Position numbers and translations under genes: made by a program
Assembly: GCA_016748015.1 (NCBI GenBank)
Contig: JAAOMT010000436.1
Coordinates: 1,634,828-1,698,827 of the forward strand
Length of the DNA: 64,000 nucleotides
Reading direction: 5' to 3'
Origin: Geosiphon pyriformis uo1
Lineage: Eukaryota > Fungi > Glomeromycota
Shown here: piece after piece, positions 1-14,833 of the stretch
Layout: each line of letters begins with the position of its first letter
How positions within the stretch are numbered: the first letter of the stretch is position 1
Notes under the pieces: model-generated
Databases searched by the model: none
The model's input: the letters and a program-made list of their open reading frames with translations, nothing else
What the model was told of the DNA's origin: nothing

Positions 1-1258
1 TTACCATCTAATTCTTCTGGATCAAACTCAAATCTGCCAAGAACCCATCCGATGAAACAACCATTTCCTATAAGTTACAATCTTGAAGCTTTTTTTCGTC
101 AAATGGCGACGTTTGCTAATATGGCCTATTGCTGCCCTAATAATGGGGTGGGAAAGTTTGTTACGCGAGGTGATGTAAAAGGTATTAATTGAATGTTTAA
201 AGATTTATTTCTAACTAGAGATCATACAATCCAAATCTTTCTAACAAAAAAATAATTTTCATCTAAAAATTAAACCCTATAGCTGACGTAATATTAGATC
301 AAAAAGAGAATTTTATTGTGGCAATTTTCAAAGGACCACTACTATCTAAATCACAATGGGAAAAACGTGAAATTGTGATGGTTCCATATAACGTATTGGG
401 GAAACCAAAAAATTCTCTTATACGTGTAGACAAGATATGGTATGAAGATGTGATGTCAATGCGTTCTGAAATGTTTACAAAAATAGAAAGGGGAGTTCGT
501 TTGACACCTGAGAGACGTAGGTTATTGTTTGTCGGACATGGTGTTGGTGGTGGTAGGTCTTTTTAAATGTAACAAAAATTTTTGTAATATTGCGAAATCT
601 CAAATAATTTTTGATTTTAGAATAATAAAACTTTTTTTTTCAGCATATGCGGCAATAGCTGGCCTTACCTGGCTAATTGAAAGGGATATTGACCGTAACT
701 ATCGATCGACAAAAGGAGATAAATTGGACATTTTCACAAAAGTAATTACCTTTGGTGCACCTCGGTTTGGAAATGTTTGGCTGGCCCGTCTTATCAATAA
801 ATATAATGGAACTTTTGTAAGATTCACTTTTTTCAATGATCCGACACCCCTTTTTCCTCCGATTAAAAGTGGCAATGATATTTTATCACATCATGAAACG
901 GAATTGTGGATTCCAATGGATAATTGTGACTGCTCAAAAATATGGCTATGTGAAGGGTTTTTTAAGAAGTCAACTTTTGATGAAACAGCTTCTAGTAAAA
1001 AAGAAGGTTTAGACGATAATCCCTTTCCAGAGGATATATTTTTTCCCTATGGTTACGAAGCGGGTGAAAATAAGGTGAATTATCTGTTTTATTTTAAGAA
1101 CGTTCTAATTTGAAAAATTTAACTAAAAATTTTCAAACTACTTTTAGGAATGTAGCTCAGGTCAATCGATTGCCAATGTCCCTCCAAATTTTTTACATAC
1201 AGGACCTTATTTTGATATTGTAATGAATGATTGTTCCATGTTTGATTTTGGTTTTTAA
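1..1258 (+). CDS. Lipase class 3-like protein, Ser-less (copy 1); 5' end outside window
   Basis: Exons <1-181, 283-552, 644-1074, 1148-1258 joined by GT-AG introns give an open frame. Motifs: AYC, FKGP, FVGHGVGG|AY, TFGAPRFGN, NDPTP, HHETELWI, CDC, ECSSGQS..LHTGPYF..C. Confidence 0.88.
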
Positions 1259-2808
1259 AGCAATTTTTAAATATAAATATATTTCAGGCCAGTCCTAAAT
1301 GTTGGGCAAGAAAAATTACTGTAATTTCACTAAAAAATTAGTTTCTCAAGAAATTTCAAAATGAACTTAAGTAAAAGATAGATTTGAAATAAAATTTTTC
1401 AAAAAAACTTATTAGTTTTGAGAATATATTCAAAAGACGGTCCCACAATATTTTAGGGGAAAATTTAATATGAAAAGAGTATAGAAATCTCTTGGACTAA
1501 TATGTATTTCTATCAATTAACAGAATTCGTAACTTTTTATGTGGACATAATTTTAAAAGTTTTAAAGAATATCGCTAATCCAAGAGATATTCTACTGATA
1601 TTGTCGCTTCATAAAAGAATTACATGAATTGAATTTAGAAATTTTTTAATAAAATAGATTAGTCTACATGCTAATTTTTTGAATATAAAATTTTTGTTTA
1701 AAATTTATTTTAGAAAAAATTGAATTCAACTGAGAATTTTTTTTAAAATATTGGAAGCCTTAATAGTTCTTTGAAATTAAGCTTGGGAGACCTTTAGAGG
1801 TTTTATTGCTTTTAGTTATACAATCGACTCATTAAACCCATATTTATTAACATTTTTTATTCTATTCTAGCGAATACCTGTAAAGTATTTTATTTTATTA
1901 AACTCTCTCTAAATAATAGTTTTGACAAGAGAATAAATTCCGTAATGAAAACCTACCCGCTTTACTTTCTCAATGTCTATTAGAAAAAGAAAATTTCTGT
2001 GACTTAAAACTCTAAAAACGTTTATTTGCGTGATTTTTGGTATGTCATTTAGTCTAAACCTGTCTAACGGATTTGGTCCATGAGTTTTTTTGGGGGAACC
2101 TCATCTTCATGTGTTATTTTTCTTAAAAGCTACATAAAATTTCACAACCAAAGTTGATCCGTTTCTCATGTAAATGAGTTTTTGTGAAAACTTTGCTGCC
2201 CAATACATGTACATGTATCTCCAAAAAATTCATTATCTTCGAAACTCTTGACGAATTTACTATTATTATTATTATTATTTTTAGTATTACAAGATTTTCA
2301 AAACCAGCTATCACAATCTAAGCCAAGATTTTTGTTCTGTGACACGAAATATCTCATTTTTATTTTATTTAGATCAGAAATTATCCAATTTATATTTATA
2401 GCTTTTAGATTAATACATATTCTTAATTTTAAATTAAAAATTTTGAATTTTATAAAACATATACTGTCAAAAAGCAATTGCTTTTAAACCCATTTAAATG
2501 ACCATTACACTTCAACTAATACATAGAATTAAATGAAAATTATTTTCATTTGAAAGAAAAGAAAATCAAAAACTTTTTTTTGAATATTTTAAATAAAATA
2601 ATTATTGAACATTTCTCTTTTTAATCTTTGATTATGTAAATTTAAAAAATTTCTCAATAAACTCATTACAAAAAAATTAGGTTTATGTAAAAATTATTAT
2701 TTAATTTTTTTTAGTACAAAAAAAATTGGTTTATAATTTTATATCAATATTAAATTGTATATAAAAATAACTTAAAAGCTGTTTTATTCCAAAAAATTAA
2801 TAAATATT

Positions 2809-2851
<43 letters not shown>

Positions 2852-3729
2852 TCTTTTTTTTTAACTAATTTTAATTAAAAAAAAATTAAAACAGAATTAT
2901 TTGGAATTTTATTATTATATTATATAAAATTATTTATTTAATTAATTAATTAATTAATTAATTAAACATATTTTTTATTGTAATTTACAATTTTATTCAT
3001 TATTTTTTAATCAAAATATTTTTATAAATAAATTTTACCTTTACTATAGAGAGAATGTAATACATCATATAATCTATCCTTTTTTAAAAAATATCTTTTC
3101 TTGTTAGATTTTTATCTTGGTAAAAACATAACATTAAATAGAATAAGCTTGGTCTTTATGAAAAAGAGATTATAGTTGATAAATTATTTTAACCAAGTGT
3201 ATCGTATGATTGTGTCTAAAAATGAATAAGATCGTTAATTTCATTTCCTTCTTATTTTTAAAAAATAGGGACTGGTTTTTTTACTCATTAAACAATTAAA
3301 AAGTTGTAATCCAAGATCGGAGCTAGTTTTTTTAAAAAGAGGGGTAAAATAATATTTAATTTTTTTATTACTGATCGACTCTTGCATTCCAATGTCATCA
3401 GAGTCAACGCATATTGTTCAATAAAAAAAAAAAAATTTGTTTTGGGGTATTATTGCGTGTTCTATGATTCTATTGAGTTTCGAGGATTTTTCGAATTTTA
3501 GTTTTCGATACATTTACAAATTATAAGTTAAGAGATGGTAGATACAAAAGCACTTGGGGAAAACCGTCGATTTGCTGATAAGATTTGTTATCAACGATAA
3601 CCTCCATCGATCAGCGGAATTACCCCTTGCCCGCACATAATCTTTAAAAATTATCTTTTTAATCCGTATTAAATTTTACTTTTAGTAATCCCAATGTTCA
3701 TAATGATCTCCCGAGAACAGAATTTTAGA

Positions 3730-5345
3730 TTATTCCGCACAGATTCCCATCATGTGTTGAAAATATGGGCCGTTATGTGGTGCTGCACTTACAGAAAGTT
3801 TTGGTGTGTCGTTATCTTGAGATGAACCTGTGGATGAATATTGATTATTGCAATTCTAATTGCAAAAGTGAAGACGCAAGATTAATTTTGAGATATATTA
3901 AAAATAATTACAATTGAAATAAATAAATAAAAAAAAACGGTTAACATACTGGATTCTCATCAATAATATAATGAGTTTCTCCTTGAATCGATTCTTCATG
4001 ATACTCTCCAATACACTCAAAAACAAGCGGTGCCTCACATTCACAATATGGCATTATCCAAAACTCAGTACCAACATGCTTAAATAATCTTTGATGATTT
4101 GGAGGCATTTGGACGACGTAATCATTTGCGTAGGTAATTCTAAAGACATTCAAAAACAGATCCACATGTTCGGCAAAAAATTTGTTTCCTATCCGGGGCA
4201 TGCCGTAAGTATATACTTTTACGTTCCAATTATCAATGCCGATCCCTCGTTGTTCTTGTATGAATAGGCCCAATAAAACAGCATATACTAAAGAAAAAAA
4301 TCATACTTCAAAAAAAAGCTGAATGCTGATTTTCGATAAAAATTTTTAAAAAAATTCCTTACCACCACCGATATCATGACCAGTTATTCGAAATTCGTGT
4401 ATTTTATGCGTATGTGCGAGTATTGAAAGTTGCCTGATTATATGCCATCTTGTTTTTTGTATGTTGCTGAAAAAAATTCCAATAACTTTTGCGTTTTTGA
4501 CCTCTTCATATTGTACCATGTCGAATTTACTTAGGTACCATTTATGCTCATCAAATGGATTTCCTTTTATGTACACTATTACTTCGGTTGAGGTTTCGCT
4601 TCTATCTACGAAAGTCTCAACTTGATATTGATAGATAAATAAAATCATTAATAAATATATTGTCATTTCAAGAGTAATTGACAGAACATTAAATTTATAA
4701 AGTTCTTTTTTGATAAATACAATAAATTCCTTCGGCAACTTTTCCTCTACTCTCTCCGAGACAATAAGCTTTTTCAGCAAAACGAGCATATTTTTCGAAT
4801 GGCATTAATAAATGTGGATATGTCACTAAAGTTTTATGGCTTTGATCATAAGTCTCGTAACCCATTGATAGTAAGTTTTTTGAGCTGAGAGAGTTTCTTT
4901 CAGCTAAATTATTCTTTGGTATCGAAATTGATCTTTTAGTTTTTCGCCTGTCAAAACTTTTGTCCAAGGAAGCAATAGATGTCGAAATAATAATATCTCC
5001 ATTAACATTTAAAGTGCTTAGGGTATTATGAAGATTTTTTTCATGATTAAGGTTAGAATTTGGTAACTGAAATGTCTTTGTATATTGGTTTTCAAAAATA
5101 AGATGAGAATTTTTAAACCGCATTAAGAAGTTAACATTTTGAAATCTGAAACCTGAAAGAAAAGTTATTGTCAAGATAAAAGTCAATATTGATAACAGAA
5201 CGGCTCTTTTTTGAATTGGGTTTAATGATGACCATTTAGAAATGAGGATTATTGCAAATTGATTATTTTTAAATGATGATGATGATGATGATGATGATGA
5301 AGGGAGAAAAAGATGATTCATGTGAAAATTATTTGATCGTGGCAT
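3730..5345 (-). CDS. Lipase class 3-like protein with Asp at the nucleophile position (copy 2)
   Basis: Exons 5345-4721, 4620-4363, 4287-3950, 3855-3730. N-terminal hydrophobic anchor (AVLLSILTFILTITFL), then AYC, ITGHDIGG|VY, TYGMPRIGN, NDYVVQMPP, HVGTEFWI, CEC, PHNGPYF. Confidence 0.87.
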
Positions 5346-7451
5346 AATACTTTTAAAAAAATGATAAAAATAATAATTTTATTTTTCTATCTGTGTAATG
5401 ACTACGAATTTCTAGTTTTACATAATCTTTTTGAGAAAAGTGTTGCAAGTGAGATTGCAAAGGGTTTCATTTATAAAAATTTGAATTTGCAATAAAGTTT
5501 TGGATCATGAGAAAGATTCTTTTTGATTGCTCCTTGTCTACCACCCAAAATAGAATCGTGTCGGCTTTATCGGTGATTTTTGGAATACTTGTTATCTTTG
5601 GACACACACAAGTTTCATCAGTATGATAACCTAATTTTCTCTACCCCCTTTAAATGTGAAAGCTTAGCGGGAATCATTATCATTATCATAATAATTATCA
5701 ATTATGATTTATGCTTATGCTCAAATCATTTCGCAATTCGGAATTTTCAAAACAATTTTGAAAAAGTTATTTAAACTCGTGTTACATCAAAGGGTTCAAA
5801 ATTCCCCGACGATCAGGAGAATCATTTTAACGTGGATTAATAGTAGTACCCAAAGATTAGTGATCCCCTATCAGGCTTTTTGATGATATTGATGATCCAT
5901 TATAAAACAAACTAAACAAATCGGGCCTCTGTTTTTAACTTTAAACAAATAAAAAAGTGAGGAGGTTTTTCACATTTTTTTGACGCAATAACAAGCTAAA
6001 AATCTGTCAAAAACTTAAAATTTATCTTTCATAGCCTTATTTTTTCGCAAAGATAATTTCAAAGCTTTTTTATTTTAAAGTATATAATTTTAAATTTAAA
6101 ACCTTATATCCCATAGATAAAATATATCAAGTGAAACACTCACCTTAAAAATATTGACTAACTTAAATTAGAATGAAGCCTTCAATTTAAAACCAATAAT
6201 CTTTGTGAATGTTGATATCAAAGTTTGAAAATATTTTTTTTAGATATAAATGTTTTATTTTCTTTATATATATTGAATAATTGAATTATTTAATAGAAAA
6301 AACCACTTTTTGTTAATTAAAACACATAGAATGATAATTTCTTTTGTTGAGAATACATTGTAGATTTAAAAGCAAAAATACATACAAAAGTTACAAAAAC
6401 AAAATATATTAAAAAAATTTCACAATGTACACATGTCAAATTGAAATATAGCTAAATAATTGAAAATAGAAAATTTATCCCTTTTAAGATAAGCAATAAT
6501 GGGGAAAGAAAAACAAAAATATTATCTAATGGAAGAGGTTTCATAACATACAAAAAAATAGGAAAGTCATTAAGTTCCAAAAGTTCAAGTTTAGCGCTAT
6601 AACTTCCTGTTAATCAAAAACCGGAAATTTTATAAGCATATTATAATGAGTATACATAGCTTAAAGAAAACAATTGACCCAATTTAAAACAATCAATTTT
6701 TTGATACAATTATTAACCCCCTGCAACTAGAAAAGATTGAATTTAATTCGCGGGATAACTTCTTATTGAAAAATAGTTCAAAAATTGATACAGGTTAGGG
6801 CAATTAATAAATATAAATAATTGGAAAGAGTTGTTTACAGAATGATAAGTTCATATTTTGTGTCAAAGATTTACATAAAATTCTATCATAAAGAAAATTT
6901 TTTCTAAACTTTTGTACAGTAGCATGTGTTTATTTTGAAAAATCTGTGCAACCAAAATTAATCTTTTTGATGTTTGAATAAAAAATATTATGAGAAATTT
7001 TGAAAAGAAAATATATATATATATTTCAAATCAAAATTTTATTGATAGTCCGTATTTATTTCTAAAAAATATGGACTGTTCAAGATTGAAGGAACTTTGA
7101 AAAAAAATAAAATTATTCTTTTTGATTAAAAATACTAATGTTTAAAATTTGAAACATGAAAAGACAAAATATTGTTATCCAACTTAAATAATATAATTTA
7201 CTTGCAATATTTAAGTATCGTAATTCTAACCTGAAAAACTGACAAACTTTAAAAAAATATTTCTAAACCATTATCAAACAATTTTTTAAAGAGATTAAAT
7301 TTAATTTCAAAAAACATTTCCACTATTTTTTTTTTGAGATATCTTTTTTTCTTAATTTTTAATATAAATCTAATCAAATATAAATTAATCCAAAATTATT
7401 TATTATCAATTTATTTTAAAAGATTGAAAAAAAATTTTATCAGAGATCTTT

Positions 7452-9041
7452 TTAACTAAATGTACTACAATCCCCCATAGTGATCCCAAAATATGGGCCA
7501 ATATGAAAATAATTTGGGGGAATATGATCAATAGATTGCCCAGCGTTACATTCCTAAAATATTGAATTCAAAAATTTTTAAAGATTAATGAATAATAAAT
7601 TAAATTAAATTAAATTATTAACATTTTATCAACCTGATTTTCACCAGCTTCTATTCCAAATGGAAAAAAAGGATCATCTGGGAATGGATTTTCGTCATTA
7701 ATCCCTTTATCATTTCTGGTTTCATTTTTTAAAAATCCATCACAATAAAAAACTTCATAATTTTGAATTTTGTCTTTCACGGAATCATTATAATTATCGG
7801 ATTTTAAACATGAACAATCTTCAAAATCGAACCAAATTTCCAATTCATGATGCGATAAAATATCTTTCCCAGATGTCACTTTTGGGAAATGTGGCATTGC
7901 ATCGTTCGTATGCGTTATTCTAGCTGTAGAAGTGAATTTATTTAAAAGACGAGCAAACCCAACGTTTCCAATTCTCGGTTGACCAAATGTTATAATTTTT
8001 GTTGGAATTCGAGGTAAGATTGGACCGAAAGGAAATAAAGATGTATCTTTCTCATATAACATTGCCCATAAGAGGCCAGAAATTGCTGCATATGCTGTAA
8101 TATAATTAGATTAAGAAAATTTTATTATTTAAAATAAAAGTGATGAAAAAGATAAATTATCTTTTAAATATAAGTACCCACCACCTCCAATACCATGCCC
8201 AACAAAAAATATTCCTTGAATTTGATTGTTTTTTCTAATTCCAGAAACAATGCTCGAAAATAATGCATTCCTCATTTTTTGTACATGTTCATACCATTCC
8301 CGTTCAACCTTGATCAATAAATTTGCTTTTTTACTTTTGATTGGAGTGAAAGGCACTAAGTTCGTTTCCCTTTTTTCCAAATGTGCTTTTGTAAGCTCCG
8401 CTCCTTTAAACATTGCTACTATAACGTTCCCATCTTGTACGTAAATTACTTCGGCTAAAATTTTTATTGGTTAGTTTACTGTATTGTGATATAACGATTT
8501 TGAAGAGGAAAGTTGTATCTTTCAATTTTTCATTAGCATTGGTAACAGCTAATTTGATATGTATAACTTTAATACCAAATTATACCAATACATCTTAAAA
8601 ATAAAAATAAAAAAAGTATAAATTGCGCAATTTCTGATTACCTCTCACATCGTCTCGCTTCACAAATTTCCCAATTCCATTATCCGGATAACAATAAGCT
8701 AAATTAGAGTATCCAGCCATGCGCATAAAAAATGTGTTTAATTTCAAACTTTTTATATCAAGTTTTCTTTTTGGTGGATATCTTGAAAAATTATTTTGAT
8801 GAAAAGATCGTTTCAAATTCAAAGAATTTTTATTATATAAATTATTTTGAGAAAGTCTTGAAAAGTTTGGGTATGAGTGTGAGATCGTTGAGATAATAGA
8901 TATTAAAGAACATATTAATATCCATGATATTAAAAAATATAAAAAAATTAATTGAGTTGGAAAGATTTTATAAATAGGTGAAATTTTTGAAATCTGAAAG
9001 AATGGTCTCTTTTTTACCACTCTAAGCTTCTTTTGATTCAT
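7452..9041 (-). CDS. Lipase class 3-like protein, Ser-less (copy 3); close paralog of copy 1
   Basis: Exons 9041-8642, 8454-8182, 8094-7634, 7553-7452. TM segment, AYC, FVGHGIGG|AY, TFGQPRIGN, NDAMP, CSC, FHIGPYF. Shares the NPFP(E/D)DxFFP(Y/F)GxEAGEN insert with copy 1. Confidence 0.88.
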
Positions 9042-12000
9042 TGTTGAAAATGTAAGATTTCGATTTGTTAATATTGGACTTATTATCGAGTTTTGTTGAT
9101 TTTAATTACTGGCAATGATATCATGTGATCCTGAAATCGAGGAGCTGATAATGTAATTACTTTTTTGTTTGGTTAAGTCTAATTTCCACATTTCTATCTT
9201 TTTTATATTATGAGCTTATCTTTTATTATTTTGTTAATTTTTTTCTTTTCTCCCTAATAATTAGATAAATTTTAACCATCTTGTTTTATGTTTTTACTCC
9301 TAAAAAATTGACATATTTTCAACTTTGCATTTAATTTAGAATTCATCAAAGGTTCATAGTGAAAAGATAACTACTTAGAGACGTCTTAATTAAATATGCT
9401 ATTTTTATTACTTATTCATAATGGTATCATTATTTCTATGCCAATTTTCTCAAGTTATAAATTAAAAATTTATTTCCCGTTTTTCTTAACAATTTACATA
9501 GATTCAAGCCTCTAAAAACTTGAGAGCAATATAAATTTAAAATAGAAAACTATTTTAATAGCTTGTTTAGAGTGAGATATAAGATAAAGTCGAAGCAAAA
9601 TTTCTGATAACTTGTCAAAAAAATTTGTATTTTTTTGTTGATCTCATCAAACTTATTAGTATCAATAAGTACTAATTAGACCCTAAAGCAGTTTTAGATG
9701 ATGAAACTTAGATAATTAATTGCCAAAAAACCTCTGTTAAAAAGAGACGCAAGCAAATTTTACGTTAGAGTGAAACAAAAGATAGGGATCTCTTATCTTT
9801 TTACTTTCTATATTTGCTTAATTATGCAAAAATTAAAACAAACTTGATCATAATAAAAAGTCAAATTTGATTCCTTGTTTTTTCCATGCGTATAGGATAT
9901 GCATTTCATATAAAAATCAAAAAACATTTGGTTAGTAGTTATCATAAATGATCATCCCCAAAGTCGAAGTTTAAAATTATTAATCTACTTTGTTTTCCTA
10001 GCAAAAAATTATTTGTTTTAAAAGTTGTTTGAGTGAAAATAAATTAAACAAAAAGATAAAAGATAATCATGGTTTATGAGAGACCAGTTAGTAATTAACA
10101 AACAATAATCATGGGTTCAATTTTCTAATTTTTTAAAAATTCCATTTTTGGTGGTGGTTTCAACAAAAAAAATTTATTAGAAAAAATAAAAATAAAAAAT
10201 CTAAACATCAGGCATTAAACCATAAAAGAATATTTAAAGAATTATTTTTACTTTAATAATCTTTGATTTCTTTGTTGATTTAAAAAAGGAAATTTGTGTT
10301 CAACTTTAAAATTTTTATTATAGGCTCATATTATAATGAATAGATCATATTTTTGTAAAAAAAAAGATCTATATTAATTGAAATCTAATTTAGGTCTACA
10401 AGTAAAAGTTAAAATATATCTTTAAAATTATAAGTTTGAATTGCAAGATTGATTTGAGCTTGTTATTGAAAAATAACCATTTTTATGATTGTTTGAATGA
10501 AGATTATTTGAAAAAGTGAATTTTTTACTAAAAATTTAGAATATTAAATGGAAGTTTTACATATTGTTAAAAACTAAGTAAACCAAACTTTATAAAAAAA
10601 ATTTAATATACATAAAAAAACATTTATAATTTTTAATTGATTTTTAATTAATTTCAAAATTATAAACTTGTTATTTTTAGAAATTTTTATATATCTATTT
10701 TACTACAATTAATCAAAATTACAAATTTGCTATTGATCGTTTATTGTAAAAAAAAAATTCAAATTTAAGCCAATAATTAAATTAATGACAGGATTGAAAC
10801 AAATTTTTAAAATAAAAAAATTAACATAATATATAACATATATTATTTAGTATAATTTTTATTAATAAATGGCAATTTTTAACCAAAAAATATATAGTTC
10901 CTTGTTATTATAAATTATATTAAATTAATTTTTATAATTATTTAATAAAATAAGATCAAAAAATATGTAATTTTTTTAAGAAAAAAATTAATTCAAAAAT
11001 ATAAATTTTAATTAACAAAAAATTTGAAAATATATTTTTAAAATTGTAATCGTTAAAAATTAAAATATACAATTAATATAATCAAAAAAAATACAATAAA
11101 TAAGAAAATTTCTAATTTTATGTAAAAATAAAATAAATTGTGTTTTTATATAATAATTATTATATTTTATTATGTTATTCAATTTAAAACTGTTATTTGT
11201 TACCACAAATGAAAAATTTAATTTAAAATATAAATTATAATTTACATGTTATAAGTTTTTAATTCATTTTTTGTATAAATAATTAATTAAATATTATTTT
11301 TAAAAATAATATAATTTTCAGTTGAGTTTACTTTTAAAGTTTTTTCTTAAATAATTTTTAAAAACTTAAATTTAAAATTATATATATATATAAGTTTGTG
11401 TCATTATTATAATAATCAAATAACTAAAAAAAAATTGTGAATTTTGACTTGAATTTAAGTATTAGCATACATTACTATTTTTTATTAGATTAAAATTTTT
11501 TTTGAAAAAATAATATTTAAATATTTATTTCATATATATGTTAATATATTGTAAATTAAAATTATTTAAAGTAATTTTTAAAAATAAAAAAAATTAAATA
11601 CAAAGTTAATTATCAAATCAATAATTAGGTTAATAGCTAATTCTATAAAAAATTTGTTGTGAAATTTTGTTTTAATAAATTATATTCATCTGATGCTTAA
11701 TTATCACTCGAGTTCAAATTTGTATTATATATATATGTAATTCGTTAAAATTTATTTTTTTGACACTTATTTTTTATATTTCAATTTCAATTTTATTTAA
11801 AATATAAATGTGCATTTTATATATGTTTTTAATAAAATTAAAATTTTATTTAATCACAATAATAATAATAATAATAATAATAACAAAAAATTCAATCAAT
11901 TTATTAGAAAAAAAAACATGATTTTGAATTTTTTGATAAAAATATGAATATTTAATATAAAATTGGAAAGTTATTCAAATAATTATAGTAATATCTGATA

Positions 12001-12163
12001 TAATCTTAAACATAAACCAATAAATTTAGTCTGAGTATAATTACTTGATTTGACTTTAAAAACTTTTTTTTTGATTATTTTTAGAATACAAATTATAAGG
12101 GCACTTTATTTTTTTGCCGAACATTACGGTATGTAAAAGAGGATCGATTTCCATATATTTTTC

Positions 12164-13556
12164 TCAACTATAATATTCTTTACAATCACCCATTGTAACA
12201 CCAAAATAAGGGCCATTATGAAAGAGGCCATTTGAAACCTTTGTGATTGATTGTCCTGCATTGCACTCCTAAGAGAAACCATTTTTAGTTTTTATCCGTG
12301 AAAACCATTTAAGAAATATATGTAGTTAGAAGCAAAAGCTAACCATATTCGTTTCATATGTTCCTTCCTTCTGATTCGAATAATTATTACAATCCCAGTA
12401 AGAATAGAAATCTTCGGGACATTCACAATTTTCAGATGGCTGAAGCCAGATTTCAGCACCAGAATGTTTCCACTTGATAGAATCATCAGGAAATTGTGGG
12501 ACGTAATCATTTCCATGGGTAACACGCAGATATAAAAGTGTTCGATCTATTAATGCACTAAGCTGGCTGTTTCCAATTTTTGGAGCTCCAAAAGTCAAAA
12601 TCATTGACCATATTTTATCAAGACCTATCTCAGGCCAAAGATTTTTTTGCATGACTTTAGATGCTTCATAATGCCATAGAAGGCCAGTGATTAAGGCATA
12701 TGCTATTTTTGAAAAAAGAAATATTCGTAATTTAAAATTTTACTTTTAGACTCAAGAGCAGAAGTATAGTATTTATTAACCTCCACCAATCCCATGTCCG
12801 ATGAAATAAATAGATTTAATGTTGGAATATGCGTGCAGATTATTTCGAATATCTTGTATTAAATTGGAAAATATGGATTCTATATCCTGCAACCACTGCT
12901 GATTAACATGAACATATTCGTCAGGAAACGCAATTCCATCCACTCTCAATGTTACTTGTGCTTGATTTATAGAAGACCATTGGGCTTTAATCAATTTCTA
13001 AAAAATTTAATCAAAAATCTGATTATCTTTACCATGATTTGTATTTTAAAACACGTTATTCACGAAAGTTAAAAATAATTACTGGTCCGCCTAACAACAC
13101 ACACAATATGTCGTGATTAGGTTGCGGTAAAACTTTGGCTGAAGACCGAAAATTTAGGTTAATATGAAGTAAAACTGATTTTGAATTCAACTCAATCTAT
13201 TAAGTTTAAACTCTTTTTTTCAAACCAATGAAAGGTCTCTCGTTTGGGAAACAATATAAAGCATTTGCGAAAGGTGTAAAGATTTCAATAAAAGTCAAGA
13301 TTCCTATTCGAGGTATCATTTTTGTTTTGACATATGATTTTGAGCGTTTAATAATTTGAATCATGTGTAAAGAAATTCCCAGTGAATTCTCCCAAACCGC
13401 CGAGGTTATGAAATTATAATTTATATTCTGTTTTTGAGAAATATTAAATCTTAAAGTTTCTCTGAAGGCTATCGAACTTTTAAGTTTCTCTAGAGGAGAA
13501 AAGTAAAAAGCTGATAATATAAAAATTAAGATTAAGATTTGATTTCTTCTCAACAT
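12164..13556 (-). CDS. Lipase class 3-like protein, Ser-less (copy 4)
   Basis: Five exons (ATG 13556; short exon 13138-13083; exon from 12997; last exon 12268-12164). Signal/anchor ILILIFILSAFYF, FIGHGIGG|AY, TFGAPKIGN, NDYVP, CEC, ECNAGQS..FHNGPYF. Exact start codon uncertain. Confidence 0.85.
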
Positions 13557-14833
13557 ATCCAATTTAATTATTTTTGGATTTGCAGAAAAACTTATTGAAA
13601 GAATGCTTAGGCAAATTTTTAGTATAAGATCTACCTTTATATAATAAAAGTCTAGTTATAGTTTCATTATATTATTTTAAATCACCTGGATGATTTAGAC
13701 AAATATTCTTTGCAAATATTGAAATTTATTATGATAGTGATATTATTCGTTCATCACTTCTATAAATTCTCTAGGAATTAAAAATGGTTGAAATTTAATT
13801 AAGGAAGAGTAAATATTGACTTCCTACCCATATATTCTTCCGAAAATTAAATTTCTTGAGAGCGCGGTTAGTAAGAATAAAACATTATGTCTAATACTAA
13901 TAAAATCTATAGGGTTTAAATCACTTTTAACAATTAAAAATAGCTTTTAAGTAAGTTTGAACTATGATAATTAAATTTAAAGATTATCAATATTTAAAGA
14001 CTTTTAGAATCATTTCGGTATAAATAAAATAAATAGTAATCATTTTTTCGTGACTATATAAAAATAAAAAATTTTGTTTGATTTCAAATAACTAATTTTA
14101 TTTAATAACAGTGCTTATATAAATTATGAGAAAAGTGAAAAAAAAACTCGGAATTTATTATTTTATGACAATATAATATATATCTTAATAATTTTTTCCA
14201 AATTTAAAATATTTATAAAACTTTAAGGATAGTTAACCCTCCACGCAAATACCCTTTACAAGAAAGACTTATTTGTATTCAACTCTTGCTTAATTATAAA
14301 TCTAAGTTTAACCGAATAATCCGAGATTATAGCTATTACATTTGACACTAAATTCTAATTTTGTTATTTTAAATGACAAATAAATTGATTTTTAAAAATA
14401 ATTAAACAGAAAAACCAAAAATTTATTTAAATAATTAAAACTTAATTTTTTTTATGTTTTATAGTTTTTGTTTGTTTTAAAAAAGAATTATATTTTATCA
14501 CGTTGAAAACTACAAGAAATGCATTTTGCTCATATTTATTTTATTTTCAATTTAAGCTTTAATTCTGTTAATAATGCAATATTTTTTTTTATTAAGAATC
14601 AATTAGTATTATAATTTTTTTCGATTTATACTCGCATTGCAACATAATTCAATTTAATTATATCGTGAAAAATCGGAATTTTTTTTTGATATTTAACAAA
14701 AATACCTTAATCAATTCTTGGCAATAAAGCATCATTAGATATAAATAAGCTAAGGAATTGAAATCTTAGTCAACTAACAATTTTTTTTAAAAAATCGAAA
14801 ATTTTTAAATCAACTTCGATATTCAAACCTAAA

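Noticed and set aside
2248-2487. ORF with a poly-Leu signal-like stretch
   Set aside because: Arises from a (TTA)n repeat; no in-frame ATG or downstream domain.
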